DNA of 64,000 nucleotides from Eledone cirrhosa (GCA_964016885.1 OZ024745.1:31434001-31498000); one strand, 5' to 3'. Positions 11,521-25,271 are shown, numbered from the stretch's first letter. Translations and numbers: made by a program. Notes: generated by a model from the letters alone, not told the origin.

Positions 11521-13469
11521 TTCCTCTGCTGCCAAGGCTTTTGCTTGAAATATTAGAATGTACACACTTTTGCTTCTCAGCTATTTCATTTTATTACCAG
11601 CCTTCCCCAGATACACATTTAAATGTAATTTGAATTGATAGGTATTAATAGTATGTTTCTAAAAATAAGATACCAGATCTATCCAAGAAGAATCTAGGTA
11701 TTAACAATATGTTTCTAAAAATAAGGTATCAGATCTATCCAAGAGGATTGGTAGCAGTTCTTATGTTGCAATCCCTACCTATCTTAAGAAATAACTGTGA
11801 GGAAAACAAAACAAGTCAAGCAGAAAATAGTTGTAGTTGTTTAACATTAACTGTGGCCTTTATCTTCAATTACATTTTACTTGATTTCAGGTTAGTTGTT
11901 AGAGAATGTAACTAACCAGATTAAAAGAAAATCCCAGCTTTTTTTCTTTTCTTTTTTTAACCAGTTCATGACCCCATTTCTAATGAAATACACTCTATTT
12001 TAATTAATCAATGAAGAATTTTGAGGGATTTACTAAAATTATTAATTATTTCTTTACTATCTTAGTAAATTAGTGTAAGCCTCTTTGTCTTCTTTTTCTT
12101 CTTCTTCATCCACTTATTCCTGAGAGGGTCGTGGGGGGCAGAGTCCTCAAACACTCCTTCCAGCAGGTCCTGTCAGAAGCAACCATCTCCAACTGATCCA
12201 ACTAGATCCCTAAGTGAGACCAGCCAAGGCCATGGATGTTATCTAATCATCTTGCTCAGTGTCTAGCCTGAGTCTCAAGCCAGTTGGTTTTGCCCATAAA
12301 ATCTGTCCAGTGATTCTTTCCTAAGACATTCTAATCACATGCCCATAGTATTGGAGCTGTGATCTCTCAATTTGGAGAAGTAGCAGCTCTACTTGGAGTG
12401 ACTCTCTGATCTCCAAGCTACACACTCTATTGAGTAACATTACTCCAAAAAGACCCTTCAAGGAACCCTATTTTCATTATTTAATAAGGTTCTTATATAA
12501 AAATTATGCTGGAAGATTTTAATATAAATTGAAAACCTTTAAAATGGGTGACTTTATTTCATAGAACCAGAGCTGGTTTGACTAGGTTGGTAAATAAAGG
12601 GTTAATGATATTTTGTACAAATTAGTTTTTTTATATGAAGGTGGTGGGTAAGTAAAGCATTGTTATAAATTTAGAACTTTTAATTTTGGCAACACTCAAT
12701 TTAACCCTATCCTATTGATTCGTCATTTGCTTTTACTTCAGAAGTATTTTTGTATGAGTAACTAGTGATTTGTGAGCTACTTAACAGTCTCAAAAACACT
12801 TTGTCCAGTTATTATTATAATTATCACTAATAAGAGATAGACATGCCTAGCTGAACCATTTTATAACCACATACATGTACACAGACACTCATGTACACAC
12901 ATTCACATACACACACACACAAACTCATGCACATAAACACACATACACACACACTCACACACACTCATTCACTCATTCACTGACACACACATTCTATGGC
13001 TCCTTGTCAATTTAACGAGCAATGTATCTGCCTATTTTGTATATCCTTAGATGTTAGATTAAATTCTTTTTACAGATCAATGAATTCAAACTGTATCCTT
13101 AAATAACGGTTTCTGATTTCGGCACGAGGCTAACAATTTGGGGAGAAGGGAAAGTGCATTTCTAGTACTTCATTTTATTGGCCCCATAAGGATGAAAGGC
13201 AAAGCTAACTTTGGCAGGATTTGGACTCAGAACTTAAAGGGCCATAATTATATGCCACAAAACATGTTGCCCGATGCTCTACCGATACTGGCAATTCACT
13301 GCCCTTATAATAATCATTTCTGATTTAGGCACATGGCCAACAATTTTGGTGTAGGGGAATGTCGATTAAATCGACCTCAGTGTGTTACAACATGCTTTGT
13401 GGCATATAGTTACGGCCCTTTACGTTCTGAGTTCAAATCCTGCTGAGGTTAGCTTTGCCTATCATCCTT

Positions 13470-13855
13470 CATCATCATCACCATTTTACGTCCGTTCTTC
13501 TACGCTAGCATGGGTTAGACGGGTTGTCCTGTTGTGGGCAGTCTCGGCTGACCTTGTCTTGCTCATACAGGAACTGATTCTGGCTTGATTTCTACAGCTG
13601 GATGCCCTTCCTAACACCAACCTCATTTACAGTGAGTGCTGGGTGCTTTTTTGCCGTGGCACCTACACGACCACTTTGCAGTGGAATGATAGGGACCCCA
13701 GTCCTATCATCTCATTTCTACAGCTGAGTAAACTGTTAGCAATGTGAAATAAAGTATCTTGCTCAAGGAAACAACACATCGCTCGGTCCGAGAATTGAAT
13801 TCACAACCTTTTGATTGCAAGCCCAATAATCTAACCACTAAGCCATACGCCTTCA
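13470..13855 (-). mobile_element. Full-length composite SINE (tRNA head, CORE-like domain, RTE-like tail)
   Basis: Reverse-orientation homologue of the copy at 40740-41080. Confidence 0.8.
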
Positions 13856-14439
13856 TGGGGTTGATAAAATAAAGTACCACTGACCGAGATTTAATCAACT
13901 TCCCCTCCTCAAAAATATTTGGCCTGGTGCCTAAATCCTAAACTATTATTGTTAGTGTCATTACAGCTGTCATCATAAAATCTATAATTTCATCAGCCAT
14001 GGATTGAACAGGTTAGCTATAAAGTCACGTAAAGTCACGTCTTTACATGACTTTATTGTACATTGTCTCATCTTTTTGACTCCTATGAAGTCTGTCCTAA
14101 CCAATTCTTTATTTATCTGTTTTCTCTTACAAATAAATATTATCTTTGTATTTAATTAAATGAAATTAATATTAGAAGTTAAAAGTAATATATCTGATAC
14201 CTATCTGAGAAATCTTAGTTTTCATACCTCACTAAGCGAAGCTATATTTACACTCAGATATACTAATCTAAAAGAGTTGTATTTCAAAAATAAATTCCAA
14301 AAATTCAGAAACAATTTTGTTCTTTTTGTTTGTCATTTTTGTTTAAATCGTATTTATTCAGCTTTTCCTTCCCATCCTTGCACTAAACTTGTAGCTGTGT
14401 GGTTAAGGCATTTGTCTACAAATTAAAAAGTTAGTATGA

Positions 14440-14800
14440 AAAGTTAGTATGAAAAGTTAGACTGAAAAGTTCATATGCTGTCCAAGATACGCTCATGAAA
14501 TGACCAAATGAGGTTTATTTTCCCTAGAGATAAATAATAAGAGTTGAAATTAATGCATGCAAGATTTCACTGCTCTAACATCATTCCTTCATTGTCAGCT
14601 TACCATTGTATGCTTCAGTTAATTTTGAAAAGTTCATATGCTGACCAAGATACTCTCATGGAATGACCAAATGAGGTTTATTTTTCAACATAGTCCCTGG
14701 AAAAAAAACAAAAAGCAGACTTGAAATTAGAGCATGCAAAATTTCATAGCTCTAGCATTATTTCTTCATAGCCTATGAATTTTTCAGCCCACCCTCATAG
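14440..14800. mobile_element. Tc1/mariner-derived MITE with internal tandem duplication
   Basis: TIR motif GAAAAGTTCATA(G/T)GCTG ... GCCTATGAA(C/T)TTTTCAGC; shares internal CCAAGATACTCTCATGGAATGACCAAATGAGG with copies at 34590-34934, 38990-39180 and 48225-48410. Confidence 0.75.
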
Positions 14801-15925
14801 TTCCAATCATGTCCCTATATTAAGAAATATAACACACTATTTCTATTTTGAATGGTTAAGAGAAGGCAGAGTAGACAATTATATAAAAGTTGTTTCAATT
14901 CATATAAATGTCTGAATTTTCAGAACAGTTGAATTGATCATATCTATATCCTGAAACAACATTGCCATTTCTCAATAAACCATCACAAAATTTGGCACAA
15001 AGATTGTGGTTTGTGCTAGAATATTCAGGAAAAGACTAATTTTTTCATCGAATATACTAAACTTGAGGAAACAGGAAACTTTCATAAAAAGTGATGTGAA
15101 AAGAATGACTGTTCTATTGGAGTCGAAGTGGGAGAAGTAAGAAAGAAGTAGGTGAGGAGGAAGTAAAACAAACGTCATTTTCAGCTTTCAACTCATCCTT
15201 TTGCTTTGTTCTCTCTTTTCCACATACAAGCAATCATCTTTCTCAGATGACAATGTGTGTATTATGTGTGTGTGGGTGTGAGGAGGAGGAGGAGGGGGAG
15301 GATACATACATACATCATTTGTCCGACGCTCTACCGAGACTGCCAATCCACTACCTTAATAATAATAATAACATTAATAATTGTTTCTACTTTTGGCACA
15401 AGGCCAGCAATTATACCAGTGTATTACTGGTACATTATTTTATCGACCCCGTAAGGATGAAAGGCAAAGTTAACCTCAGCAGGATTTGAACTCAGATCAT
15501 ACAGGGATGTAACTGTGCTGCAAAGCATGGCGTCCAACCTTCTACCGATACTGCCAATCCACAATATTAATAATGATAATATTTCATAATGTATGTCTTG
15601 ATAAGATCACAGAATTACTGCCCATGTTAAGTGGATGTAAAATAATGATGGTGATGTTATATATTAATATATTTTGATATTTCATAATATATCCTTGATG
15701 TCCATTCTCAAGAAATGTTATCTTAATGAAATAGAGATCTGAACAAATTTAAATTCCAGTTAACAAACTAAGAACTTCTCTCATTTCCTCAGAATCTAAC
15801 AACCACCAATAATGGCTACCTTGGCAACATTTACTCTTCGTGTTTCTACAGAAAATCTACAAATTATTTATTTATGTGTTAATTAATTATCTTTAAATTT
15901 ATTATTTCTTAATTCTTTTATTCAG

Positions 15926-16105
15926 AATTTGTCGACTGGGAACAGCAAATGGTTGGTTTCTACGTATCAATACCCGTGTGCACATAGATCAAATAATAGA
16001 AGCCTTTGCTCAACATTGTGCTTACATGGATCGATTGGAGATCCAATGGGATCCAGACACTATCCGGTTTAGTGATAAAAGTAACAAATTTGTTGATCAT
16101 ATCCG
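15926..16105 (+). CDS. Penultimate exon of an unidentified conserved protein (possibly LRR / F-box-LRR-like)
   Basis: Acceptor TTCTTTTATTCAG, donor CG|GTAAAT, 180 nt, phase 2-2. Open frame ICRLGTANGWFLRINTRVHIDQIIEAFAQHCAYMDRLEIQWDPDTIRFSDKSNKFVDHI(R) splices in frame to 18862. Confidence 0.8.
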
Positions 16106-16276
16106 GTAAATATTGCATCTTATTCTTTCCTAATAAAATTAAACCTTTTGATACCAATCCATCTAAAACTGACCATGGTTCTATGAAACACAGCCACTCA
16201 TTTTATAAGCTTCCAACTTGAATTAAAATCTTCCAACATAATTTGGTATAAGAACCTTTTCTTAAGATATGTACCA

Positions 16277-16430
16277 GTGGAGACTTCCAGCACTCTTGAC
16301 CCCCAGACCACATCACTGTTCACTGTTATCAGAGTGGATGTGGCTGCTCGTAGATGCAAACCCACGAGGTGGAGAGGCTGTTCCAGCGTGTCTTTCTCGC
16401 CATCTTCCAGGGCAATGTCTTCTCCATCCT
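16277..16430 (+). mobile_element. CRE-clade non-LTR retrotransposon C-terminal fragment
   Basis: Degenerate VETSSTL...VERLFQRVFLAIFQGNV, homologous to the C-terminal part of the minus-strand copy at 17130-17940. Confidence 0.65.
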
Positions 16431-17129
16431 GTTGGCCAAGAACATGAGGCAGATGACTTATTAGTCTTCAAACAAAAGGGTTTATAATATATTCTTGATA
16501 GTGAAATAATTAATAACTTTAGGAAATCCTTCCAAATTCTTCATTCGCTCTCGCTCTGATCGATTGACCTCATTTGCTTACCAAGTGGCGTGGACTTCGT
16601 CAAATCGGACCAAAGAAACAATGTTTCCATTGGTCTTTCCATTGCTGATACTATCTACCTATCGTAACTCCTGTCAGCAGGAGCACCGTGATATAAAGTG
16701 TTTTTCTCAAGGACACAACACATCACCTGGTCTAACAATTGAACTCACAGCCTCACGATTGTGAATCCAAATCTCAATCCACTAAGCCACGCACCTTCAC
16801 AAATAGTGGCAAAGGTAAGGCTGGTTTGTGTATGCTGCCTTCACACACTTTATGATGCTTTGATCAAGTGGATGTAGCTGTGTTGTGTTTAGAGGTAGGG
16901 ACAGCACTCTAATGGTCTCGTGTTATAGGATGTTAATAGTAAAACAGTTAGATGCTGCACAATGTCTAAAAAAAAAACCTTTAACGATTTTAGAGGATTG
17001 TACATTGTCAAGAAATAAGTTCTCAGTAGTGCAGACTTATATATCTGGTATATAATGATCATCATCACTCAGGTCATATGGGCAGGAATTTCTGATGACT
17101 GATAAAATGACAAGTCAGTCAATCATGCT

Positions 17130-17940
17130 GATGGCCTCCCCACAGTCCCGGCGGACAGAATGGAAAAGGCTTTTTGCTGGAGGATGGCAAGGGAAACGCA
17201 CTGGAAGAGTCATTCCAACTCACGTGGCTCACACTTGCAGCTGGCCAGCTCAGCCGCTATGGTGGTGAGTAGGGAGGTAGCCCTAGGGCCGAGGACACCA
17301 GAAGTCTCCACTGCAAATCTGTCAGAGAGCAACCAGTATTTGGAGAGTTTGGTCTCCTCAGCCCGACATGCAGCAGAACCTGGGTTAGTCACAGACTGCA
17401 CCAGGTTGCGGCTGGAGAAAGCGTCGGTGCAAGTGACATTCCAGACGAGGGGTTTGCCGCCGCGGAGTGGGAAGATGGTCAGCCCCACTAGCTTGAGCTG
17501 GGAAGGGACGCCTGAGGGCAACATGCCGTGGAAGGCGGCTGGCACTGTGGCGACAGGAAAGCAGGTGGAGGCTGAAAGAGTCCACAGTGGATCCATAGCG
17601 ACATTAGTGAGGCTCGCAGGTCCGGAGGCCAAACCTCAAGGAAACGCCGATGCGCAGGCTATTGTTATCCAGCTGTGTACCAGTGGAGAAGGAGGGCAAG
17701 GCATGGATCCCAGGCAGCACTGTGGGGTTTGGAGACCGCACGAAAACAGGCAAGGCGGGTGCTGGTCGAGCTGGCATGTGAGCCTGTCTGAGGCCAGGCT
17801 GCACTGGTTGGCATCCCAAATGCTGTGGGGGGGGGGGACTTGACGTCAGTAGGGGAGAAGGAGGAGGGACGTCTACTGGGTTAAGTCCCAGCCGGTCTCA
17901 CAGGCGGCCTCATGTTCCCTGATCACAGAGGATTCCAAGT
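17130..17940 (-). mobile_element. CRE-clade (restriction-like endonuclease) non-LTR retrotransposon fragment
   Basis: GC-rich island. Frameshifted peptide HALPSFSTGTQLDNNSLRIGVSLRFGLRTCEPH..DSFSLHLLSCRHSASRLPRH (CCHC knuckle region), then GLTIFP..GKPLVWNVTCTDAF..AEETKLSKY..FAVETSGVLG (RLE domain). Confidence 0.75.
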
Positions 17941-18861
17941 TATACAGGGGAAACAACTCTGTTTCACTAAAAAAGAATTTTCTTTTTATCATAGCATCAT
18001 TTTATCCAAGTGATAACGTTTTTCCTGTTTCTTTTTCTCTGTTAATCTTAATTGAAATATGCTGACTTAGAATTTAAAATACTGTAGTAGACTCAAGCAT
18101 TGTGGTGGTGGCGGTGATGTTAGTGATAGTGATGAGTGTGATCGTATTGGGTTGTAGTAATGAGGAGGTGATGTTTTGTTAGCTGAGTAATCGATGAAGG
18201 GATAGTGATAGCTGTGATGTTATTGATTGTGTTAATGCTAACGTGATGATAATGAGTATATTGATAAAAGAAATATCAATGGGAGGCATTAAAATACTGA
18301 CAACATTGATTTTTATATTCGAAAAATATATTAAGAAAACCTTATAAATATATATATTTTTTCTTTTTTGCTTCGATTATATATTTTTGTGTATTACTAG
18401 CAGAATGACCCGGCATTGCTCGGGATTCTAAACATAGATTGGCATGTTTATCCTCCTTTCTGAAACAGTACAGAGAAGTATGGAATACCTCAGCCTGGGG
18501 ATGGTGTCTACGTTTTGTGCTTGGCCCGGCGTTGCTCGGGATTTGCTCTAGGGTTCTTGTATATTTGATATATATTTATCCTTATCGAGCCTCGTGAAAT
18601 AAATACGTTTGTTTATATTTTATTATTGTGTATGCAAAAATATCTGTACACGAATATATAATTATATATATATATTAAAATAACAGATTAAAGTTTAAGC
18701 AAAGAATCGTTGTTGATTATATGTAGGTATTTCTGTTTAATCTTATATTTTTGTTATGCAATTAATTGTCAATAAATAGATATTTTAAAATATTAAGAAA
18801 ACTTCCTAATGTTTTTTTTTGTTTTCTTTTCTTTTGTGTTTTTACCTGGTGTTTCTTTTAG

Positions 18862-19033
18862 GCTGCGTTGCCCACACCTTCGATCTATAACTCTAAGTGA
18901 TGGTGAATATTACGAGATGGTGAAATCAAACTTTGAACGTGCAGACAAGAAGAGAGTTGTGAGGACAACAATTAACTACAACACCAGTATTGTTAGTTTG
19001 CTTAGTCAATACAATGACTTACTCTTCAACTAG
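18862..19033 (+). CDS. Terminal coding exon of the same protein
   Basis: Acceptor GTTTCTTTTAG, phase 2. Reads LRCPHLRSITLSDGEYYEMVKSNFERADKKRVVRTTINYNTSIVSLLSQYNDLLFN*; CPHLRSITLS fits the Cys-containing LRR pattern. Confidence 0.8.
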
Positions 19034-19058
19034 ATATCGTTTTCAACATTTCTGCTAT

Positions 19059-19094
<36 letters not shown>

Positions 19095-22000
19095 TTATTT
19101 ATTTATTTATTTATTTCCATATTTATTTATGCCAACTCTGTGTGTGTTTGTGTGTGTTTTTGTGTGCAACCTCACTTTTGACTGATGAACTTACATGTTA
19201 AGACATATGCTGCTCTCTTATAATACATATTTTTTCTTCTCGTATCAATGATTTAGAATTGCGGTGGAACAGTGGTTTATGAACATAATTCCTTCCTGAA
19301 GGCCGTTCATCACCGAAATGTTTGTAAACTGAAACTATTTTCCCATGCGAAATGTTGAGAGAGATAGATTATAGATATCACCATAGTAACTAACTACATA
19401 GCAAATGATGCTTTCCCACCGATAATCCAAGCTTGTTGCCAACCATTATTGCTGGCTAGCATGTACATTACTTGAGACACCATTCATGAGCCAAGACGTT
19501 TTATGTTTAAAATTGTTTGTGAACTGATTTGTTCATGATGAGAGGCGTTCGTGAACGAAGTTCCACTGTATATTTTTTCATGTTATTGATATGAGATTCA
19601 GGTTGCTTAAAATTTACTGTTTGAAGGATTGATGTAAATTTCAAGGAAATCATGTAGCAATAATTGTTTGCTAAACAAAACAAAATTTAATTTGAAAAAA
19701 AAAACCAATTTTTATTTTATTTATTTTTTTTTTCTATTTAGAAGCTGTTTTAACCATTTGCTTTTTATCCTATTAAGATTTAAGTTCACTCCAGTAGAGA
19801 ATAAATGGCCAACATTTTCATAATTTGTATCCCTATCAAAGAAGACCATGTTAAACATTTTCAAGATCATTTAATTAAATGAAGGACATATTCCACTGGC
19901 AAATTAACATTTTTTGTGCAGTTCCAGGCCATCTTTTAATAATTGTTGAAAATTTACTCCAGAAGATATAAGAAATAACTAACTTTTTGTTAATTGTTAA
20001 AACAAACTATAATAATGAAAGAAAATAAAAAAAAATTCAGATGATTTTTAACAAATAATTTTACTAAATCAATATTTTGATTAAAAACAAAATGATTTTT
20101 CTTAAAAACAAAATGTTTATTTTCTTTTTTTTCTGTGTTTTGACTATGTGTTCACAACCATTTGTGTTATTGGTTGCTATTTTAAAAAACTATCGGGAAA
20201 AGGTGAATATAACAAACAGACCAGCAGAAACATACATTAAAGTGGAAAGGAAAAGTGGAAAAAATATATTTGATAAGTCTACAGAGAGTTCAGAGATTAA
20301 CACTTCAATGACCATATTTCTGCTTATGTTTCAATTAACTTTGAAACTTTGGAAAAACATGAAGAGATTATATTGTAAAATACCTAACTTCATTATTGTA
20401 TTGTGCTTGGAAAATAACTTAACATAATATATTCTTACATAAATTCATGATGGAAGGCATTAATTTAGATAAAAACACAAAAGGTGTTTTGTTATCATGG
20501 AACTATAGGCTTTATAAGGCTGAGAAAATTCTTTCTTTCTTTTTTCTTTATAGTTTTTTGGGTTTTAAACTTTGCCTTTCATTATTGTCGTCGTCATCAT
20601 CATCAACATAATCGTCATCATGATTATCATCATCATCATTTAACACCCACTTTAAACGATGATGATTTCATCAACTCTTGTGGGATGAAAGGCAAAATTT
20701 TACACCTAAAAATTATTTTAAAAAAAGAATAAATAAAAATAAGTATCATTAATTTAAAATATTGAGGCTGAAGTGACTACAGAACTTGTATTTCCCTGTT
20801 TTAAAGAAATGTGTGCACCGGTGCCATGGAAACTGGGATAAACAACAGCCTGATGAACCTCTGGGCTCGAGACAGATTTTACAGAATGAAATGAGTAAAA
20901 TGAAACCAATATATACTGTAAGATAACTGTAAACCCTAACTATGTTATATCTGCAAGTTGGTTGTAGTTTTTGATTGAAGCCATTTAACTTTAATTCATT
21001 TGGGCTGTGTATTGTATTCTTGAGCAAAAACACTTTATTTCACGTTGCTCCAGTATAGTCAGTTGAAAATGAATACCAGCAATAGCTGGGGGTTTAACTT
21101 TGCAATGGACTGGTGTCCTGTCCAGGGGGAAGTCATGTACTCTCAGCTGCTTTATGTCATGGAAATTGGGATAAGCACCGGCCTGATAAGCCTCCACACT
21201 TGAAACAAACTTTAGACATAACCATCAGTTTTGATAAGTATTCAGTTGTTTGATCAACTGAAGTGCCTGCTCAATGATTTAACATGTACATACTTGTAGA
21301 TGAGTATTCTACAGACATATGTAACCTTAACATAATCCTTAGGCAGAATCAGTTTGACACAATGTCTAGCAAGGTTGCAACAAGCTGCCACACAGTTTCT
21401 GTCTGCCTAGTTTTTCTTGTACTAATCTTGTGTTAATCCAAGGCTATGATAAACGAGGCCATATGGTGGGATTGTTGAAACTTCATGATTACAAAACGAA
21501 TTTCTTAACCATATGATCATGCTAAATCCATTTAACTTTTAGTTACATCACAAATAACCACAAGAAAAATATAGACCTTTGTACCTAATCTAAAGAAAAT
21601 TATATTTTCAAGAGAATTTGTGGGGAAGGTATAGCTGAACAATAGAATATCAGTGTTAATACTTCTATGTCTAAAGTTCAAACTTTACATTTCATTGCTT
21701 TGCTCTGCATTTTATAAAATTGCTATCAGTTATTGTCGTAGTTGTTTAGCCCTGATTCAGCTCTGATTGAGAAGACTCATGATTTAAGGCATCCCAACCA
21801 TGACAATCCCATCTAGGATTACATTCTCCAATGTGATGTTACTTTTTAAAAAAAAAAGATGTTAGTGAAGCAGAGGAAGATTTGGCTATTAATTGTTGAA
21901 AGAGAGTATAGAGGCTCCATTGTTAAGATCAATTATATAATAAGGTCAATCAATTATAGACCTTCCCTATAAATATCAATAGTTTCAGGAAATTAAGGGA

Positions 22001-22749
22001 GGTAGAAAAGTAGAAACTATAGGGTGTTGGACAAAATGTTTTGTGGTAATTCATACTTCACCCCTTTACATTCTCAATTCAAATCCCACTGGAGTTAACT
22101 TTGCTTTTCATCTTTCTCACTCATATATTTGGATTGATCAGTCACACTATACCTTCCTCTTCATCTGGTAACTCTATATCAGAGAAATCAGTATTTTTAT
22201 GTGAGAAATCAGTATTTTTCAAGAGAATAAATTTAAAATATTACGTGGAGAAGAAACATTTATTAAATTGTTTTTTTTTTGTTTGTTTGTTTGTTTTTGT
22301 CTTTTTGATGTTGTTTTTTCATTGAGTTATTGAGTTATGATAAATAATTGTTTCTACTTTAGGCACAAGGCCAGCAATTTCCCAGTGCATTACTGGTACT
22401 TTATTTTATCGATCCCATAAGGATGAAAGGCAAAGTCAACCTTGGCGGGATTTGAACTCAGATCGTAAAGGGACGTAACTATGCTGGAAAGCATGGTGTC
22501 TGACCCTCTACCGATACTAATAGCAGCCAACATTTAACATTATGTTTCTGCAATTATATCTTCCTGAAGAAATCAAACATCACAAACATTTAAGTCCCAT
22601 AATGTGTTTTTAAAGAATTCTTTTCTTCTTTTCAAATTGGTTTTTAAGTGAAATGAAATAAATTTCATACCCTGTACATTATAATTTCACAACTGTTTCT
22701 CTCATACATAACTCTATGCTGCAAAGCATGGCGTCCGACCCTCTACCGA

Positions 22750-23710
22750 TACTGCCAATAATAATAATAAAAGTTATTGTGTACAGTGTTCAGGTGTACT
22801 ACAACTCATCAAAGGTGCATGTATAGTACATAGAATAATGTACAAATGTCAGGAAAGTGAACAGTGTATGAGTCATTATATACATGCATATAGAGGGGGG
22901 ATATCAGGTGTAGTGTTGGCGAATTTCAGGAAGCATGGAGGTTTTAAAGGATGCAGTGTCTTGACAGCTAACAACTGATGCAGGTAGTTTGTTCCATGCT
23001 TCAGCAACTCTGAGCATGAAAAAATGTTTCCGAAAGTCATGGGAGCTGTGCTGTTTTCTGACTTTGTAGGCATGCCCACATGTGTTAAACACATGGTATT
23101 CAAAAAGGCGCTCAGGGTTGTTGTTGTTGGCAAGATGGTTAACAATTTTGTGGGTGTTTACCATGTCAGTTGCCAGACGTCGGAGCTTCAATGTGTCCAT
23201 GCCCAGGGAAGCAAGGCATTCAGAATATGGTAAATGCCTGATGGAGGGTATTTGCTTGGTTACACGTCCCTGAACAGTTTCCAGGGGGTCAATAATCTGA
23301 GCAAGATAGGGGTTCTAGACTGGTGATGCAAATTCTAAGTGTGGCGCACCATAGTTATAGATAGCTGGAGAGCGGCTTACAAAGGTCTTGCTGAGTGATG
23401 CCAAGACACCCTTGGCCTTCTTAACAATTTTAGAGATGTGCTTTGTCCAACGCAAATTGCTGCTGACAGTAATGCCCAGGTCACATTCACAAGAAGACTT
23501 CTTGATATTAGTGTTGTGGAGGGAGTATGTGGATGCTGGGTTTTTCCTCCAAAAGTGCATGGTGGTACACTTGTCCACAGCCAGCTTGAGTTGCCAATCT
23601 GTGATCCATGGCTGCATTCTGTCCAGGTCTGATTGCAGGAAAGATCTATAGTGTTCAGGATCTGTCCTTTTTATCTCAAGGTACAGCTTGATGTCTTCTG
23701 TTTCCACTTT
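22750..23710 (-). mobile_element. CR1-type LINE, 5'-truncated RT C-terminus and 3' UTR
   Basis: DIKLYLEI..LQSDLDRMQPWITDWQLKLAVDKCTTMH..ECDLGITVSSNLRWTKHISKIVKKA..HLEFASPV and LKLRRLATDM..KI..RKHFFMLRVAEAWNKLP, with frameshifts. Confidence 0.9.
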
Positions 23711-24966
23711 TGGAATGTGTGAAAATTTTCAATTTCTGCCATATGTGTACATATGCAAGAAGAGTGAAATTTTAGCAATTTTCATCCAACTTATGAAAGG
23801 TTCAGTCATGTTACTAATAGAATTTACAATTCATAAAATTTATAATTTTGAGTTGTTTTTATTTTATGTAAAAGATACAAATTTGACTTGTCATTATGTC
23901 TCTCTGTTGACCACTGGCTGCTGGTCTGTCCCCTGAAGCATTTTTGCACATCGCTGTCTTTGACAGCATTTAGCTGTTTTAACAGCTGTCCTAGCGATGA
24001 GGTTTCTCATTTTTATATGTATTCAAATATACTCTCGCTTCATCTCGATCAGAGACATTTTTTTTTTTTCATATATATAGTGTCAAGAGTTAGCTCAAGT
24101 TAAGTTTTATGATTTTATCACTAGAGATAGTGCCACCCAGCAATTAAAAAGGATGAAAAATACTGGTCTAATTCTTGACATTAATGTTTGACACAAATTA
24201 ACCCATTTGAAGGCTAGCATTTGATATTATCATGAACAAGATTTAGAATTAATATCTGTTTCACTTAATGTTTGGCATTAAGAAGCTCTTTTTGTGACTA
24301 TCACTGGCAATTTATTAACTGCCAATAATAATAAAGAAACCACTATTATTAAATGCAGCATAGTTACGTCCCTTTATGATCTGAGTGCAAATCCTGCCGA
24401 GGTTAACTTTGCCTTTCATCCTTACGGGGTCGATAAAATAAAGTACCAGTAATGCACTGAGATAATTGCTGGCCTTGTGCCAAAAGTAGAAGCAATTATT
24501 ATTATTATCATTTATCCTAACAGGTAAAGAAATATATACAAAACAGTTTATGTCACTTTTGTGGCAGCTAAGCCAATAATTATGAAGAAATTCGAATGGA
24601 ATAAGGCAAAATTTCGCATTTCCTTAACCCTTTTCATAGCAAACCACCAATCACCGTCTTATGAATAAAGTTCAGTCGATTGTTTGGTAACAAAAGTCAA
24701 ATTAGAAGATTTATTTACTTGGCGTATTCTTTTAACATGTGCTAGGATTCCAGAAATGACACCATATAAAGATAAACAAATATCTGGGCTTGTCCAGCCG
24801 CTTCCTTTTTGCACCGTTCGCCATCGAGATCTCAGGCGTCCTCGGACACCGTACAGCTAACCTCCATATTTCATTCACACTTTCTTACCAAGGGGATGTC
24901 ACTTCAAACCACATTGTTACAAAGTTAGTTCCCTTTACGCTTTATGGAGCATTGCTTTACATTGTT

Positions 24967-24979
24967 GTTACATAGCAAC
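24967..24979 (+). promoter_or_regulatory. Candidate RFX X-box upstream of CFAP46
   Basis: GTTACATAGCAAC resembles GTNRCC-N0-3-RGYAAC with a perfect RGYAAC half-site; ~290 bp upstream of the ATG of a motile-cilia gene. Confidence 0.55.
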
Positions 24980-25271
24980 AAAATATTATCCTGCGTAATA
25001 TGTAAACAAAGTGCTCTTTTACATAACGCTCGCGAAATCAAACGCTTTCATATCGAAACAAACCGTTTTTATCTTAAAATAACAGATTATGTGTGTGTAT
25101 TTAACATTTTCAAGTTTATGAAGTTGGTCAAAAGCCTATGTTTATTTTCCATTTTCTAAAAGTTTAACGAAGTAGGTGATTTATTATTTCATTTTGTTTA
25201 TCATTGTAAAAGTATTTGTTTTAATTTTTAATAAATTCGAGATTTTTAAAAAGTTAAAAACAATAATAATA

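Noticed and set aside
18397-18545. Helitron/Helentron-like terminus ACTAGCAGAATGACCCGGCATTGCTCGGG
   Set aside because: Suggestive subterminal hairpin seen twice, but I found no matching other end, so it is not called.
25176-25271. N-terminal 32 aa of the listed 2772-aa ORF
   Set aside because: Begins at a GTG in AT-rich sequence; homology starts at the ATG at 25272.
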